Shown here: positions 1 through 8,086 of the stretch, in pieces
Numbering within the stretch: the stretch's first letter is position 1
Layout of the letters: each line of letters starts with the position of its first letter
NCBI GenBank assembly: GCA_964615185.1
Contig: CAZTOS010000069.1
Span: 1 to 11,176, forward strand
DNA from: an uncultured Thermococci archaeon
GTDB taxonomy: Archaea > Methanobacteriota_B > Thermococci > Thermococcales > Thermococcaceae
Direction: 5' to 3'
Length of the DNA: 11,176 bases
Notes under the pieces: generated by a model
What the model saw: only the letters and a program-made list of their open reading frames with translations
The model's database searches: none
Told to the model about the DNA's origin: nothing
Position numbers and translations under genes: made by a program

Positions 1-58
1 GTTAAACCTTATTCAGGTGATCAAAATGCAGAAAACTTAATGCTCCAATGTCGGTGTT

Positions 59-73
59 GAAAAAGATTAATAA
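59..73 (+). promoter_or_regulatory. Putative BRE/TATA promoter of scpB (GAAAAAGA-TTAATAA)
   Basis: A purine-rich BRE is followed by TTAATAA (67-73), about 35 nt upstream of the ATG at 107, with a GGTGAT ribosome-binding site in between. Confidence 0.55.
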
Positions 74-106
74 CGCTGAACTTCCAAAGATTCAAAGGTG
101 GTGATA

Positions 107-682
107 ATGGGATTAATTGAGGACAAGGCTTTGGTTGAGGCAGCTCTTTTCGTTGCGGGGAGACCTTTAAGCATAAAAGAGCTCTCAAAAGCTCTTGGAA
201 TAAGATCTCTTGATTACCTCGAAAAGTTGATCGAGCTGATTGCTGCGGAATATGCCGAAAGAAAAAGTGCAATCGAAATTGTCAGGGTTTTAGGGGATAA
301 GTATGTCATGCAGGTTAAGCAGGAATACTCTCAGAGGGTAATTCATCTTATGCCGAAGCCAGACCTAAGAACCGGTGAGTTGAAAACCCTTGCATTGATT
401 GCATATCTTCAGCCAATAGAGCAAAGCAAGATAATAAAACTCAGGGGAACTCAAGCATATGAGCACGTCAAGCATCTTCTTCAAATGGGCTTAATTTATG
501 CTGAGCCCTATGAGAGAACTAAACTTTTGGGAACAACTCCAAAGTTTGCTGAACTTTATGGATTTCCAGAAAATGATCCCCTACTAATTAAAGAAGCTTT
601 CAAAAAAGTTGTTCATGCTGAATATGCCGATTTAATTAAAAAACTTGAGAGAACTGAAAAGGATAAAAATCAGACTGAGTAA
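107..682 (+). CDS. scpB: SMC-Scp complex kite subunit ScpB
   Basis: Typical ScpB motifs: VEAALFVAGRPLS, LKTLALIAYLQPI..IIKLRG, LGTTPKFAELYG. Start moved from GTG 98 to ATG 107 because GGTGGTGAT (RBS) precedes it. Confidence 0.95.
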   Translation: MGLIEDKALVEAALFVAGRPLSIKELSKALGIRSLDYLEKLIELIAAEYAERKSAIEIVRVLGDKYVMQVKQEYSQRVIHLMPKPDLRTGELKTLALIAYLQPIEQSKIIKLRGTQAYEHVKHLLQMGLIYAEPYERTKLLGTTPKFAELYGFPENDPLLIKEAFKKVVHAEYADLIKKLERTEKDKNQTE

Positions 683-756
683 TTTCTTAAGGTCTTAGTT
701 TTCTTATTTCTGAGTAAAAAAGAAAATTTATGGTTATTTTGCAAAATCTGAAGCTT

Positions 757-771
757 CAAAAAGTTTAAATA
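757..771 (+). promoter_or_regulatory. Putative BRE/TATA promoter of the rpa operon (CAAAAAG-TTTAAATA)
   Basis: Canonical archaeal TTTAAATA at 764-771 with an A-rich BRE, about 35 nt upstream of ATG 806. Confidence 0.65.
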
Positions 772-805
772 CTCAAATTTAGAATTACTATTTAGGTGAG
801 TGTAT

Positions 806-1873
806 ATGACTGTGCTAACAAAAGAGCGGATTATTGAGCTTATTCAAAAGCAGAAAAGACTTAGCTTAAATGAAATTGAAAAACAGATACGAGAAATTGC
901 TCAAAGGGATAAAATATCTGAGCATGCTGCTGCTTTACTTTTGGCAGAGCAGTTAGGAGTAAATTTGGAAGAAACAGCACCTCTAATGTACATTACTGAT
1001 CTCGTACCTGGAATGAGAGACGTGAACATAGTTGGGAGAATACTGCGTAAGTATGGAGTTAGAGAATACACAAAAAGAGATGGTACAAGAGGGCAGGTTG
1101 CAAGCATCTTGATTTATGACAGCACTGGAAAGGCGAGAGTTGTTCTCTGGGATGGAAAAGTTAGTGAATATTACAACAAGCTCCAGATTGGAGACATAAT
1201 CAAGATAATTGATGCAAATGTTAGAGAAAGCTTAGCTGGACTTCCGGAGCTTCATGTGAACTTCAGAAGTAGGATAATCGTTAATCCAGAAGATCCAAGA
1301 GCCGAAGAGATACCTCCACTTGAAGAAGTTAGGACATACTCCTATTCAAGAAGGAAAATTGCCGAACTGATGGGTGGGGAAAAGTTCGTTGAACTTAGAG
1401 GAACTATTGCAAAGCTCTACAGGGTTATAGTATACGATGCATGTCCAGAGTGCAGGAGAAAAGTTGACTATGACCCAGGGATGGAAGTTTGGATTTGTCC
1501 GGAACATGGGGAGGTAACACCGCTAAAAATGACAGTGATTGACTTTGGGATTGACGATTCAACAGGTTATATCAGAGCTACACTATTTGGAGAAGATGCA
1601 GCTGAGCTTTTAGGTGTTGATCCAGAGGAGATAAGTGAAAAGCTAAAAGAGCTGGTGGAGATGGGAATGACAATCAAGGAAGCAGGAAGAAAATTGGCAG
1701 AGGAGGAGTTCTATCCACTGCTTGGAAGAGAAATAGTTATCAGAGGGAATGTTGTAGAAGACAGATTTCTTGGCATGCTTCTCAAGGCATCTTCTTGGGA
1801 AGATGTTGATTATAAAGCAGAAATTGAGAGAACTAAAAGGGAGATTAAAAGTACATTAGGGGAGGTGTTCTGA
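806..1873 (+). CDS. rpa1: Replication protein A large subunit (RPA41/Rpa1): OB folds plus Zn finger
   Basis: OB-fold motifs (DSTGKARVVLWD, DDSTGYIRATLFG) and a CPEC...CPEH zinc finger; first gene of the Thermococcales RPA41-14-32 operon. ATG 806 follows the AGGTGA RBS. Confidence 0.93.
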   Translation: MTVLTKERIIELIQKQKRLSLNEIEKQIREIAQRDKISEHAAALLLAEQLGVNLEETAPLMYITDLVPGMRDVNIVGRILRKYGVREYTKRDGTRGQVASILIYDSTGKARVVLWDGKVSEYYNKLQIGDIIKIIDANVRESLAGLPELHVNFRSRIIVNPEDPRAEEIPPLEEVRTYSYSRRKIAELMGGEKFVELRGTIAKLYRVIVYDACPECRRKVDYDPGMEVWICPEHGEVTPLKMTVIDFGIDDSTGYIRATLFGEDAAELLGVDPEEISEKLKELVEMGMTIKEAGRKLAEEEFYPLLGREIVIRGNVVEDRFLGMLLKASSWEDVDYKAEIERTKREIKSTLGEVF

Positions 1874-2244
1874 TGGAGGAGCTTCAACCACAAATTAGAC
1901 GTAGAAAACCAGCTGTGGAGAGAAAAATTGGCGAGATAAGTGAAGAAGATACAAGAGTTTCATTAATTGGGAAAGTTGTCAAAGTTGATAAACTTGACTA
2001 CTTATTCTGGCTTGATGATGGGACTGGTGTTGCCATAATCGAGACTGAGGAAAATGTTCTTCCCAAAGTTGGACAGATTGTTAGGGTAATTGGCAGGATA
2101 ATCAGGAATGAGGAAATGCACATCTATGCTGAAGTTGTCCAGGACTTTAGTGATGCAGACTTGGAAAGTTTGGAGGAGATTCAAGAGCTTGAGAGAAAAG
2201 TTTTGCCAAAAATTGAAAATGCCTTGGTGTGGTGGTCAGAATGA
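1873..2244 (+). CDS. rpa3: Replication protein A small subunit (RPA14/Rpa3)
   Basis: Single OB fold (RVSLIGKV, LDDGTG), 123 aa; TGATG overlap with rpa1 and a GGAGGTG RBS. Confidence 0.9.
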   Translation: MEELQPQIRRRKPAVERKIGEISEEDTRVSLIGKVVKVDKLDYLFWLDDGTGVAIIETEENVLPKVGQIVRVIGRIIRNEEMHIYAEVVQDFSDADLESLEEIQELERKVLPKIENALVWWSE

Positions 2245-3044
2245 AAAAGCGCTTACCTGCTACGAGGGTTTATATTAAAGACATCCTCGAAGGTTTCTAT
2301 GTTAAAAGTGAAGGTGACTTTGAACCCAATTATTTAATCACAAAAGATGCGAGAAAAGTTTACAGAGCTAAAATAGTCGCAACTGTTGTGAGAGACCCAG
2401 TAATAGCGGAAGATGAGACGTACGGAAAGTTCCAAGTTGATGACGGCACTGGTGTAATCTGGGTTTTGGGATTCAGGGACGATACAAAGTTTGCCAAGCT
2501 CGTTAAAAAAGGCGACTTGGTGCAGATTATTGGAAAGATTGCGGAGTGGAGAGGGGATAAGCAGATTTTGGTTGAGGGAGTTTCAAAAGTTCATCCCAAT
2601 ATGTGGATTCTCCACCGCTATGAAACGCTGAGAGATAAGGTGGAACACGTAAAGAAAGCCAGAACAGCATTTGAAATCTACAACACATATGGCATAACAG
2701 CTAAGGCAAAGGTAATTGCCAAAAACAAAGGGATAAGCGAAGATTTGCTTGAAACAATTGATGAGCTCTATGCGATAATGATTGAACAAAGAGCAGAGGA
2801 AGCCTTAGAGGAGGAAATGTTCGAGGAAGAAGAGAAGAAAGTCGATGAAACGCTTGAGGAAGCCAAAAAAGCTATACTTGAAATACTTAGGTCGAAAGGT
2901 GACAGGCCAGTTTCAAGAAAGTACATAGAACGAAAACTGCAGGAGAAATTTGATCAGGCAATAATTGATGATGCTCTCAGAGAACTTCTTGCAGAAGGAG
3001 AGATTTACGAACCGGAAATTGGTTATTACAAGATTCTAACCTGA
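2241..3044 (+). CDS. rpa2: Replication protein A middle subunit (RPA32/Rpa2): OB fold, acidic linker, C-terminal winged helix
   Basis: KRLPATRVYI N-terminus, VDDGTG OB motif and a C-terminal GEIYEPEIG winged helix. ATG 2241 overlaps the rpa3 stop (ATGA). Confidence 0.92.
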   Translation: MKKRLPATRVYIKDILEGFYVKSEGDFEPNYLITKDARKVYRAKIVATVVRDPVIAEDETYGKFQVDDGTGVIWVLGFRDDTKFAKLVKKGDLVQIIGKIAEWRGDKQILVEGVSKVHPNMWILHRYETLRDKVEHVKKARTAFEIYNTYGITAKAKVIAKNKGISEDLLETIDELYAIMIEQRAEEALEEEMFEEEEKKVDETLEEAKKAILEILRSKGDRPVSRKYIERKLQEKFDQAIIDDALRELLAEGEIYEPEIGYYKILT

Positions 3045-3048
3045 TATC

Positions 3049-3085
3049 TTTTTATTTATCCTTTTTTATGAAAAAATAAAAGAAA
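3049..3085. terminator. Bidirectional oligo-T terminator region between convergent genes
   Basis: T-tracts on + after the rpa2 stop (CTTTTTATTTATCCTTTTTT) and A-tracts (T on -) after the stop of the 126-aa gene. Confidence 0.55.
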
Positions 3086-3087
3086 GC

Positions 3088-3468
3088 TCAGTACTGCTCT
3101 CTCATGGTTCTTATAACCGGATCATAGATGAGTGTTGAGGTTATGCTGTCAACCATTCTGAAGAATTCTTCCTTTCCTTTTTCAATTTCTGCATTGTCTA
3201 CGTTGATAACCTTGCATTTATCTCCAAGAATCCATTTTCCAAGAATTATCTTCTCCTTTCCATTGTGTGTTGCATCAATCCTTATGAGTCCATAGGGAAC
3301 GTCTGCAGTCCACCAGTTGGCTTTAAATTTTATCTCCCATCCAAGTTTCTCAAGCTCCTTCACCATGAGGTCCATTGTTTCTCCAGGACCATAGGGAGTT
3401 TTGAAAGTGATTATGAGCCACAATTCTTTGTTCTCAAGGTTATTTTTGAATATCTCTTCAAAAATCAT
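3088..3468 (-). CDS. Hypothetical protein (126 aa) coupled to DGGGP synthase
   Basis: ATGA overlap with the upstream gene's stop, GGGGTGA RBS and protein-like composition; no family recognised. Confidence 0.8.
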   Translation of the reverse strand: MIFEEIFKNNLENKELWLIITFKTPYGPGETMDLMVKELEKLGWEIKFKANWWTADVPYGLIRIDATHNGKEKIILGKWILGDKCKVINVDNAEIEKGKEEFFRMVDSITSTLIYDPVIRTMREQY

Positions 3469-4307
3469 AATCTCACCCCCGTTGTAATTGAACCCAATAA
3501 AAAGCTAAACACAGCCAGATAAATTGCGGCTTTTAATTTTTTCTGAGCTTTTCCAGCAGCAGAGGCGGGATTTTTCAGAAGCTCAAAAACTGCCATTAGT
3601 ATCAATCCATCAACAATAATCATGGGTAGGTATCCTACCCCAATCCCTGCATTTACGGGTAGAAATGATGCCACTACAGTTGCGATTCCAAATAGCGATG
3701 CTAAATATGCCGATTTTTTTATCCCCCATATAATTGGCAAAGTTTTTGCCCCTTTTGCCCTGTCCCCTTCAATGTCCTCGATATCCTTCATGATTTCCCT
3801 TGCCAGATTCACCAGAAATGCGCATAATGCTAAATATCCGGCTAATCCAATTTTGCCTACTGCAATCGCACCATATAGGGGAGTTGCCCCAGTTAAGCTT
3901 GCAACCATTATATTTCCAATGATTGGCAATGGCTTAAGTTTCCATGCGTAGATAAACAGAACAAAGTACGCAGTTACCGCCAAGAGGAATGCGTATATGT
4001 TGAGTTGATAAGCCAGAACAAGACCAATAACAAATAAGAGTATTGCATACCAAAATGCGGTCTTTCTTGACATCGCTCCCCTTGGCAGAGGTCTTGTAGG
4101 GCGGTTGATTTTATCAATCTCATAGTCAAAGTAGTCATTTATTGTATTCCCGGCACTGCATCCAAAAAACACAACTGCAAAGATTAACACTGCTGTTTTT
4201 ATTTCGGGGAAATGCCCTAATGCCACAATAGAGCCTAATATGCCAACTAATCCAGCTACAAAACAGTTATGGGGTCGTAATATCTCGATAAAGGCTTTGG
4301 GGTCCAT
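3465..4307 (-). CDS. Digeranylgeranylglyceryl phosphate synthase (UbiA prenyltransferase family)
   Basis: RPHN, NDYFDYEIDKINRPTRPLPRG and REIMKDIEDIEGD motifs with multiple hydrophobic helices. ATG 4307 follows the AGGTG RBS. Confidence 0.93.
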   Translation of the reverse strand: MDPKAFIEILRPHNCFVAGLVGILGSIVALGHFPEIKTAVLIFAVVFFGCSAGNTINDYFDYEIDKINRPTRPLPRGAMSRKTAFWYAILLFVIGLVLAYQLNIYAFLLAVTAYFVLFIYAWKLKPLPIIGNIMVASLTGATPLYGAIAVGKIGLAGYLALCAFLVNLAREIMKDIEDIEGDRAKGAKTLPIIWGIKKSAYLASLFGIATVVASFLPVNAGIGVGYLPMIIVDGLILMAVFELLKNPASAAGKAQKKLKAAIYLAVFSFLLGSITTGVRL

Positions 4308-4339
4308 TAGGAGCACCTAATATAAAGAAAATTGTGGGG

Positions 4340-4354
4340 TATTAAAACCTTTTC
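4340..4354 (-). promoter_or_regulatory. Putative BRE/TATA promoter of the DGGGP synthase gene (GAAAAGG-TTTTAATA)
   Basis: The motif lies directly after the clp1 stop and about 33 nt upstream of ATG 4307. Confidence 0.55.
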
Positions 4355-5425
4355 CTAAAGCGCATTTCTGTCCAATAACCCGAGTTCCTCACCATCTTCT
4401 CGAACCCTAATCCTTCCAAATCTTATCTCCCTAACTTTTTCCATTGCCCTTTCATCCAAAGGTGTTAGAAGCTCAGCTTTCATCTCTTTGAAGTTTATGA
4501 ACTTAAGAATTCCCAGTCCAATACAAAAGCCCTCTTTATCAATCATACCAAGAATCAAATTGCTTAATTTCTCAAAATCAACGTACTGCAGAACGTTCTT
4601 GTCAACCTGTCTTGGGATATTGGCAATATCTGCCTTTACAATAAGGTATTTCCCACCAATCTTTCTTCCGTGAATGATTAACCATTTAAACAATGCCTCT
4701 AAGAGAGACTTTTCATTCTCATTGATCTCTTCACCTTGAAAAATCTGGGTTCCGCTTATAATAAAGTGACCCAGATTTACTGTGTATGACTTTGAGTCTC
4801 TGAAGTACTCCTTCCACTTCTCTTTTCGTATCTCCCTTCTCTCCTCTCTGCTGAATTTTCGAACTTTTTTACTAACTTCAAGACGGAAAATTTGAACTTT
4901 CTCTTCGAATGGCTTTAATATTGGCTCTAATTCATTTTCTTTCTGTAATGCAACTATTACATCAGGTTTAACAGTTTCAATTTTCATTCTCTTAAGCTCA
5001 ACACCTGCACCGCTGATCATGCCTGTGGTATCTATAATAATCACATCGGCTTTCTTCTCTGCTTCATCCGTGAGCAACTTAACCCCTGCAATCATCTCTC
5101 CAAAAAACTGATTTGGGGTGATGCTCCCCACAAAGTAATGTTTATATGCCTTTATATCTCCAAATGATTCAAACAATCCCTCTGGAAAACCAAGACTTAT
5201 TGTGGCCGGTGGAAGAATTCCTTTTTGTCCGATGTCACTGTCTACTATTGCGACCCTAAACCCTGATGACAGGAGTTCATTTGCTAAAAATGTTGCCAAT
5301 GTCGTTTTTCCGGTATCAACTCCACCCAGAATCATTATCTTAACTGGTTTTTCATGTCCATTTAGAACATTCAAAAGTTCCTTCCTGTCCTCTGGAACCT
5401 CTTGAGTATATCTTGCCTTATTCAT
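4355..5425 (-). CDS. clp1: Clp1-family polynucleotide 5'-hydroxyl kinase
   Basis: Walker A GGVDTGKTT, DSDIGQ, DTTG and the basic lid REERREIR, as in the Clp1/Nol9/Grc3 family. Confidence 0.9.
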   Translation of the reverse strand: MNKARYTQEVPEDRKELLNVLNGHEKPVKIMILGGVDTGKTTLATFLANELLSSGFRVAIVDSDIGQKGILPPATISLGFPEGLFESFGDIKAYKHYFVGSITPNQFFGEMIAGVKLLTDEAEKKADVIIIDTTGMISGAGVELKRMKIETVKPDVIVALQKENELEPILKPFEEKVQIFRLEVSKKVRKFSREERREIRKEKWKEYFRDSKSYTVNLGHFIISGTQIFQGEEINENEKSLLEALFKWLIIHGRKIGGKYLIVKADIANIPRQVDKNVLQYVDFEKLSNLILGMIDKEGFCIGLGILKFINFKEMKAELLTPLDERAMEKVREIRFGRIRVREDGEELGLLDRNAL

Positions 5426-5526
5426 GCTTATAACTTCTTCAACTTCAATAAAAAGTTAACTTCGGAAAAAATTTATATTTACGATTCAGTAAACAGATGA
5501 ACATATGGATTTCATTTTACAAAAAC

Positions 5527-5542
5527 CAAAAACTTTATTAAA
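5527..5542 (+). promoter_or_regulatory. Putative BRE/TATA promoter of the Lrp/AsnC gene (CAAAAAC-TTTATTAAA)
   Basis: An A-rich BRE plus TTTATTAA upstream of a GGAGG RBS and ATG 5594. Confidence 0.5.
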
Positions 5543-5593
5543 CTCTGAAAGTTTAACTTTATAATTGACAAGGAAAAAATTAAGGAGGGTTAA

Positions 5594-6061
5594 ATGATGG
5601 AGGAAAAAGTTTCACTTACCACTCGACAAATTGAGCTCTTGAGAAAGCTCTACAAAGAGGGCAAGACAATCGAGGTACACACAGTTGAAAAAACTCAGGA
5701 CGAACTTGCAGAGGAGCTTGGAATTACAAGACAGGCGCTGAGTAACCATCTTAAGGTTTTGAAGGAGCTTGGTTATATAAGGACCGGAAGGGGCTTTATA
5801 GACCTCACAGAAAAGGCATTAGAACTCCTTGGTGAAAGAAAAGGTGATGTTTTTGTTTTTGTCAAAATTGAGCCAACAAAGAGGAAGCAGGTCTATGATG
5901 CAATAAAGAAGCTTAAGGTCAAGAGAGTTTACAGAGTTACTGGAGACATTGATTTAATTGTGGAAGCTGACAAAACGAGACTTGATGAGATCCTTGAGGA
6001 AATTGCTTCATTGGATGGGGTAAAAGAGACAATTACTCACGTCGTTCTTGAAATGCTCTGA
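5594..6061 (+). CDS. Lrp/AsnC-family transcriptional regulator
   Basis: N-terminal HTH (TQDELAEELGITRQALSNHLKVLKELGYI) and C-terminal RAM domain (VYRVTGDIDLIV..IASLDGVKETIT). Confidence 0.9.
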   Translation: MMEEKVSLTTRQIELLRKLYKEGKTIEVHTVEKTQDELAEELGITRQALSNHLKVLKELGYIRTGRGFIDLTEKALELLGERKGDVFVFVKIEPTKRKQVYDAIKKLKVKRVYRVTGDIDLIVEADKTRLDEILEEIASLDGVKETITHVVLEML

Positions 6062-6605
6062 GCTTTTTATCTATAATTCTTTTCAATTCCTCTATGTTTG
6101 TTCCAAATTTAGCTGATACTGGAACAAAAGTATCTCTATAGTCCTCCCATGTGCCGTTTAGTCTAAATTTTTCTATCAGCTTGTTAATTGTTGAATTTAC
6201 ATTCCTTATTTTATCGAGCTTATTGACAGCCACTATTACGGGAATTTTGAGCTCCTGTAAGAATTGGAAGAATTCCACATCTATCGGGATTTCTCCTCTT
6301 TTTTCCCATCTTTCGATGATTTCTAAGGCGCTTTTACCATCAATAACTAATATCGCCAGCTCAATTTTGTTTGCATGCTCTTCAATAAAGCGCACAATTT
6401 CCGTTTTTATTTTCTCTTGGACGTGTTTTGGAAGCCCGCTCATGAAGCCAAATCCTGGCATATCAATTACTCGCTTATTTCTCCATACAATCTCAACTGG
6501 CTTTCTTGTGACTCCTGGTCTTTTTCCCCTTTTCACGTGCTTTCCTGTGAGCTTATAAATTAGCGTGCTTTTACCAACATTTGAACGTCCCACAAAGATT
6601 ATCAT
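6033..6605 (-). CDS. engB: GTP-binding protein EngB (YihA/YsxC family)
   Basis: G1 GRSNVGKS, G2 PGVT, G3 DMPGFG, G4 NKLD and G5 SAK. Confidence 0.93.
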   Translation of the reverse strand: MIIFVGRSNVGKSTLIYKLTGKHVKRGKRPGVTRKPVEIVWRNKRVIDMPGFGFMSGLPKHVQEKIKTEIVRFIEEHANKIELAILVIDGKSALEIIERWEKRGEIPIDVEFFQFLQELKIPVIVAVNKLDKIRNVNSTINKLIEKFRLNGTWEDYRDTFVPVSAKFGTNIEELKRIIDKKLRAFQERRE

Positions 6606-6702
6606 TTTATCCCACCATATGACCTGAATTTTCCTTTATTTAAAGCTTGAGAACCAGAAATACTTAAGTATAAAGGACTTCAAAAATATTTAGGTGGTTG
6701 TT

Positions 6703-7365
6703 ATGGCTGAGCAGCAGAGTCAAGTGAATCAGCTTATTAATAAGTTTGTTGTGTACCTGGTTGATGGGACAATACTTGGATACGTTACAGAGATCAACGT
6801 TGAAGTTGAAGGAGATCAATTCTATTTCATACTTCGAATGAAAACCTTAGAGAACCTTAGTAAAACAGGGGACTTCCATTCGGGGATGTTCTCTACAGAG
6901 AAGAAAATTAGGATCAAGCCTCATGATATAGTCAATGTTGGTAGGGATGTTATAATTCTTGGAAATGGCAAAGTTCCACCTCTCAGGGAAATCGAGCGTC
7001 TCCATCAGATAGCCACGGAATACAATAGCATTGTAAGGGAACTTGAGCAGAAAGATATGATAATAAAAGAGCTTAAAGAAGAAAATAAGCAGCTAAATAA
7101 GCAAATTGATGACCTTATGAAGGAACTTAGAAAACTCCAGGTAATAAAAGAGGATTTTGAGCATATGAAAGAGCAACTGATAAAGCAAGAGGGACAATTA
7201 GAAATGGCAAAAGAATACATTCGACTTCTTGAAGGACTCAGACATGATATTGACAAAATAAAAACTGATGTAGAAAAGTTGATCGGAGGTTATCTTGAGG
7301 ATGCAGTAAGAAGAATAGTTAATGAAGAGTTAAACGCGAGAGGATTAAAAAGAACTCTACTTTAG
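6703..7365 (+). CDS. PRC-barrel-like domain fused to a long C-terminal coiled coil
   Basis: LINKFVVYLVDGTILGYVTEI...IKPHDIVNVGRDVIILG fits the PRC-barrel pattern and is followed by about 100 aa of heptad-rich helix. ATG 6703 follows the AGGTGG RBS. Confidence 0.75.
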   Translation: MAEQQSQVNQLINKFVVYLVDGTILGYVTEINVEVEGDQFYFILRMKTLENLSKTGDFHSGMFSTEKKIRIKPHDIVNVGRDVIILGNGKVPPLREIERLHQIATEYNSIVRELEQKDMIIKELKEENKQLNKQIDDLMKELRKLQVIKEDFEHMKEQLIKQEGQLEMAKEYIRLLEGLRHDIDKIKTDVEKLIGGYLEDAVRRIVNEELNARGLKRTLL

Positions 7366-7532
7366 CCAAGGAGCTGGACTCCAAAGACATGTAAAAGTAT
7401 CTCAATTGCTATGAAAATCAGCACAAGGGCTATTGCTCCTCTTGGGCTTATCTTTATTGCCTTTGTATCTTCATCGAAGAATCTCATTAAACCTGCACCA
7501 GTTGGCGGAAGGGTTGTTTTTTCTTTTGCCAT
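7362..7532 (-). CDS. secG: Preprotein translocase subunit Sec61beta (archaeal SecG), 56 aa; absent from the ORF track
   Basis: Manual translation MAKEKTTLPPTGAGLMRFFDEDTKAIKISPRGAIALVLIFIAIEILLHVFGVQLLG*: AGLMRFFDED and KISP motifs, one transmembrane helix, GAGGTG RBS. Confidence 0.93.
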   Translation of the reverse strand: MAKEKTTLPPTGAGLMRFFDEDTKAIKISPRGAIALVLIFIAIEILLHVFGVQLLG

Positions 7533-7584
7533 GTTCCCACCTCTTGTGTGTTGCTAATCATTGGAATATAAAAAAGTTTTGTTA

Positions 7585-7599
7585 GAAACCTTTTTAAAT
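7585..7599 (+). promoter_or_regulatory. Putative BRE/TATA promoter of rps6e (GAAACC-TTTTTAAAT)
   Basis: Canonical motif; it implies a ~50-55 nt leader before ATG 7676. Confidence 0.6.
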
Positions 7600-7675
7600 G
7601 CACCAGCTCAATGGCATTCGGATAAGGGGGCAACCCAATGAATCCCGCTAATGAAGATTTGAGAGGTGGGAGGAA

Positions 7676-8053
7676 ATGGCTACATTTAAGCTTGTAATCT
7701 CAGATCCAAAGAGTGGAATTGCAAAGCAGGTTGAGATTAGTGGTGCAGAAGCAGAGAAGTTAATTGGTAAAAAGATAGGCGACCAGATTCCAGCAAAGGA
7801 GCTTGGGCTTGATTTAAGTGCAATCTTTGGAAAAGAGATTCCAGCAGATGCAAAGCTCCTTATTAAAGGAGGAACGGACAAAGATGGCTTCCCAATGAGA
7901 CCAGATGTTCACGGGCCAAGAAGGGTTAAGATTTTGCTGTCAAAGGGTCCGGGTTTCAGACCTAAGGAGAAAGGGGAGAGAAGAAAGAAGACCGTTAGGG
8001 GCAATACAATTAGTCCCGATATTGCCCAAATTAACGTCAAGCTTATTTACTGA
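7676..8053 (+). CDS. rps6e: 30S ribosomal protein S6e (eS6)
   Basis: [24 protein letters not shown] and [11 protein letters not shown] motifs. Confidence 0.97.
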   Translation: MATFKLVISDPKSGIAKQVEISGAEAEKLIGKKIGDQIPAKELGLDLSAIFGKEIPADAKLLIKGGTDKDGFPMRPDVHGPRRVKILLSKGPGFRPKEKGERRKKTVRGNTISPDIAQINVKLIY

Positions 8054-8083
8054 TTTTCTCCACTTTTTGCTTTTAATTTCCCT
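8054..8083 (+). terminator. Pyrimidine-rich/oligo-T terminator after rps6e
   Basis: TTTTCTCCACTTTTTGCTTTTAATTTCCCT directly follows the stop codon. Confidence 0.5.
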
Positions 8084-8086
8084 TGG

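Noticed and set aside
15..40. AGGTGA RBS followed by a 4-codon ORF (MQKT*)
   Set aside because: Too short and at the window edge; cannot be distinguished from chance or a gene remnant.
806..3044. Three-subunit eukaryote-like RPA as a novel system
   Set aside because: Already well characterised in Pyrococcus and Thermococcus.
3203..3213. TTGA-TAACCTT, a 7-nt guide seed match in the hypothetical gene
   Set aside because: Too short, and the adjacent motif is wrong.
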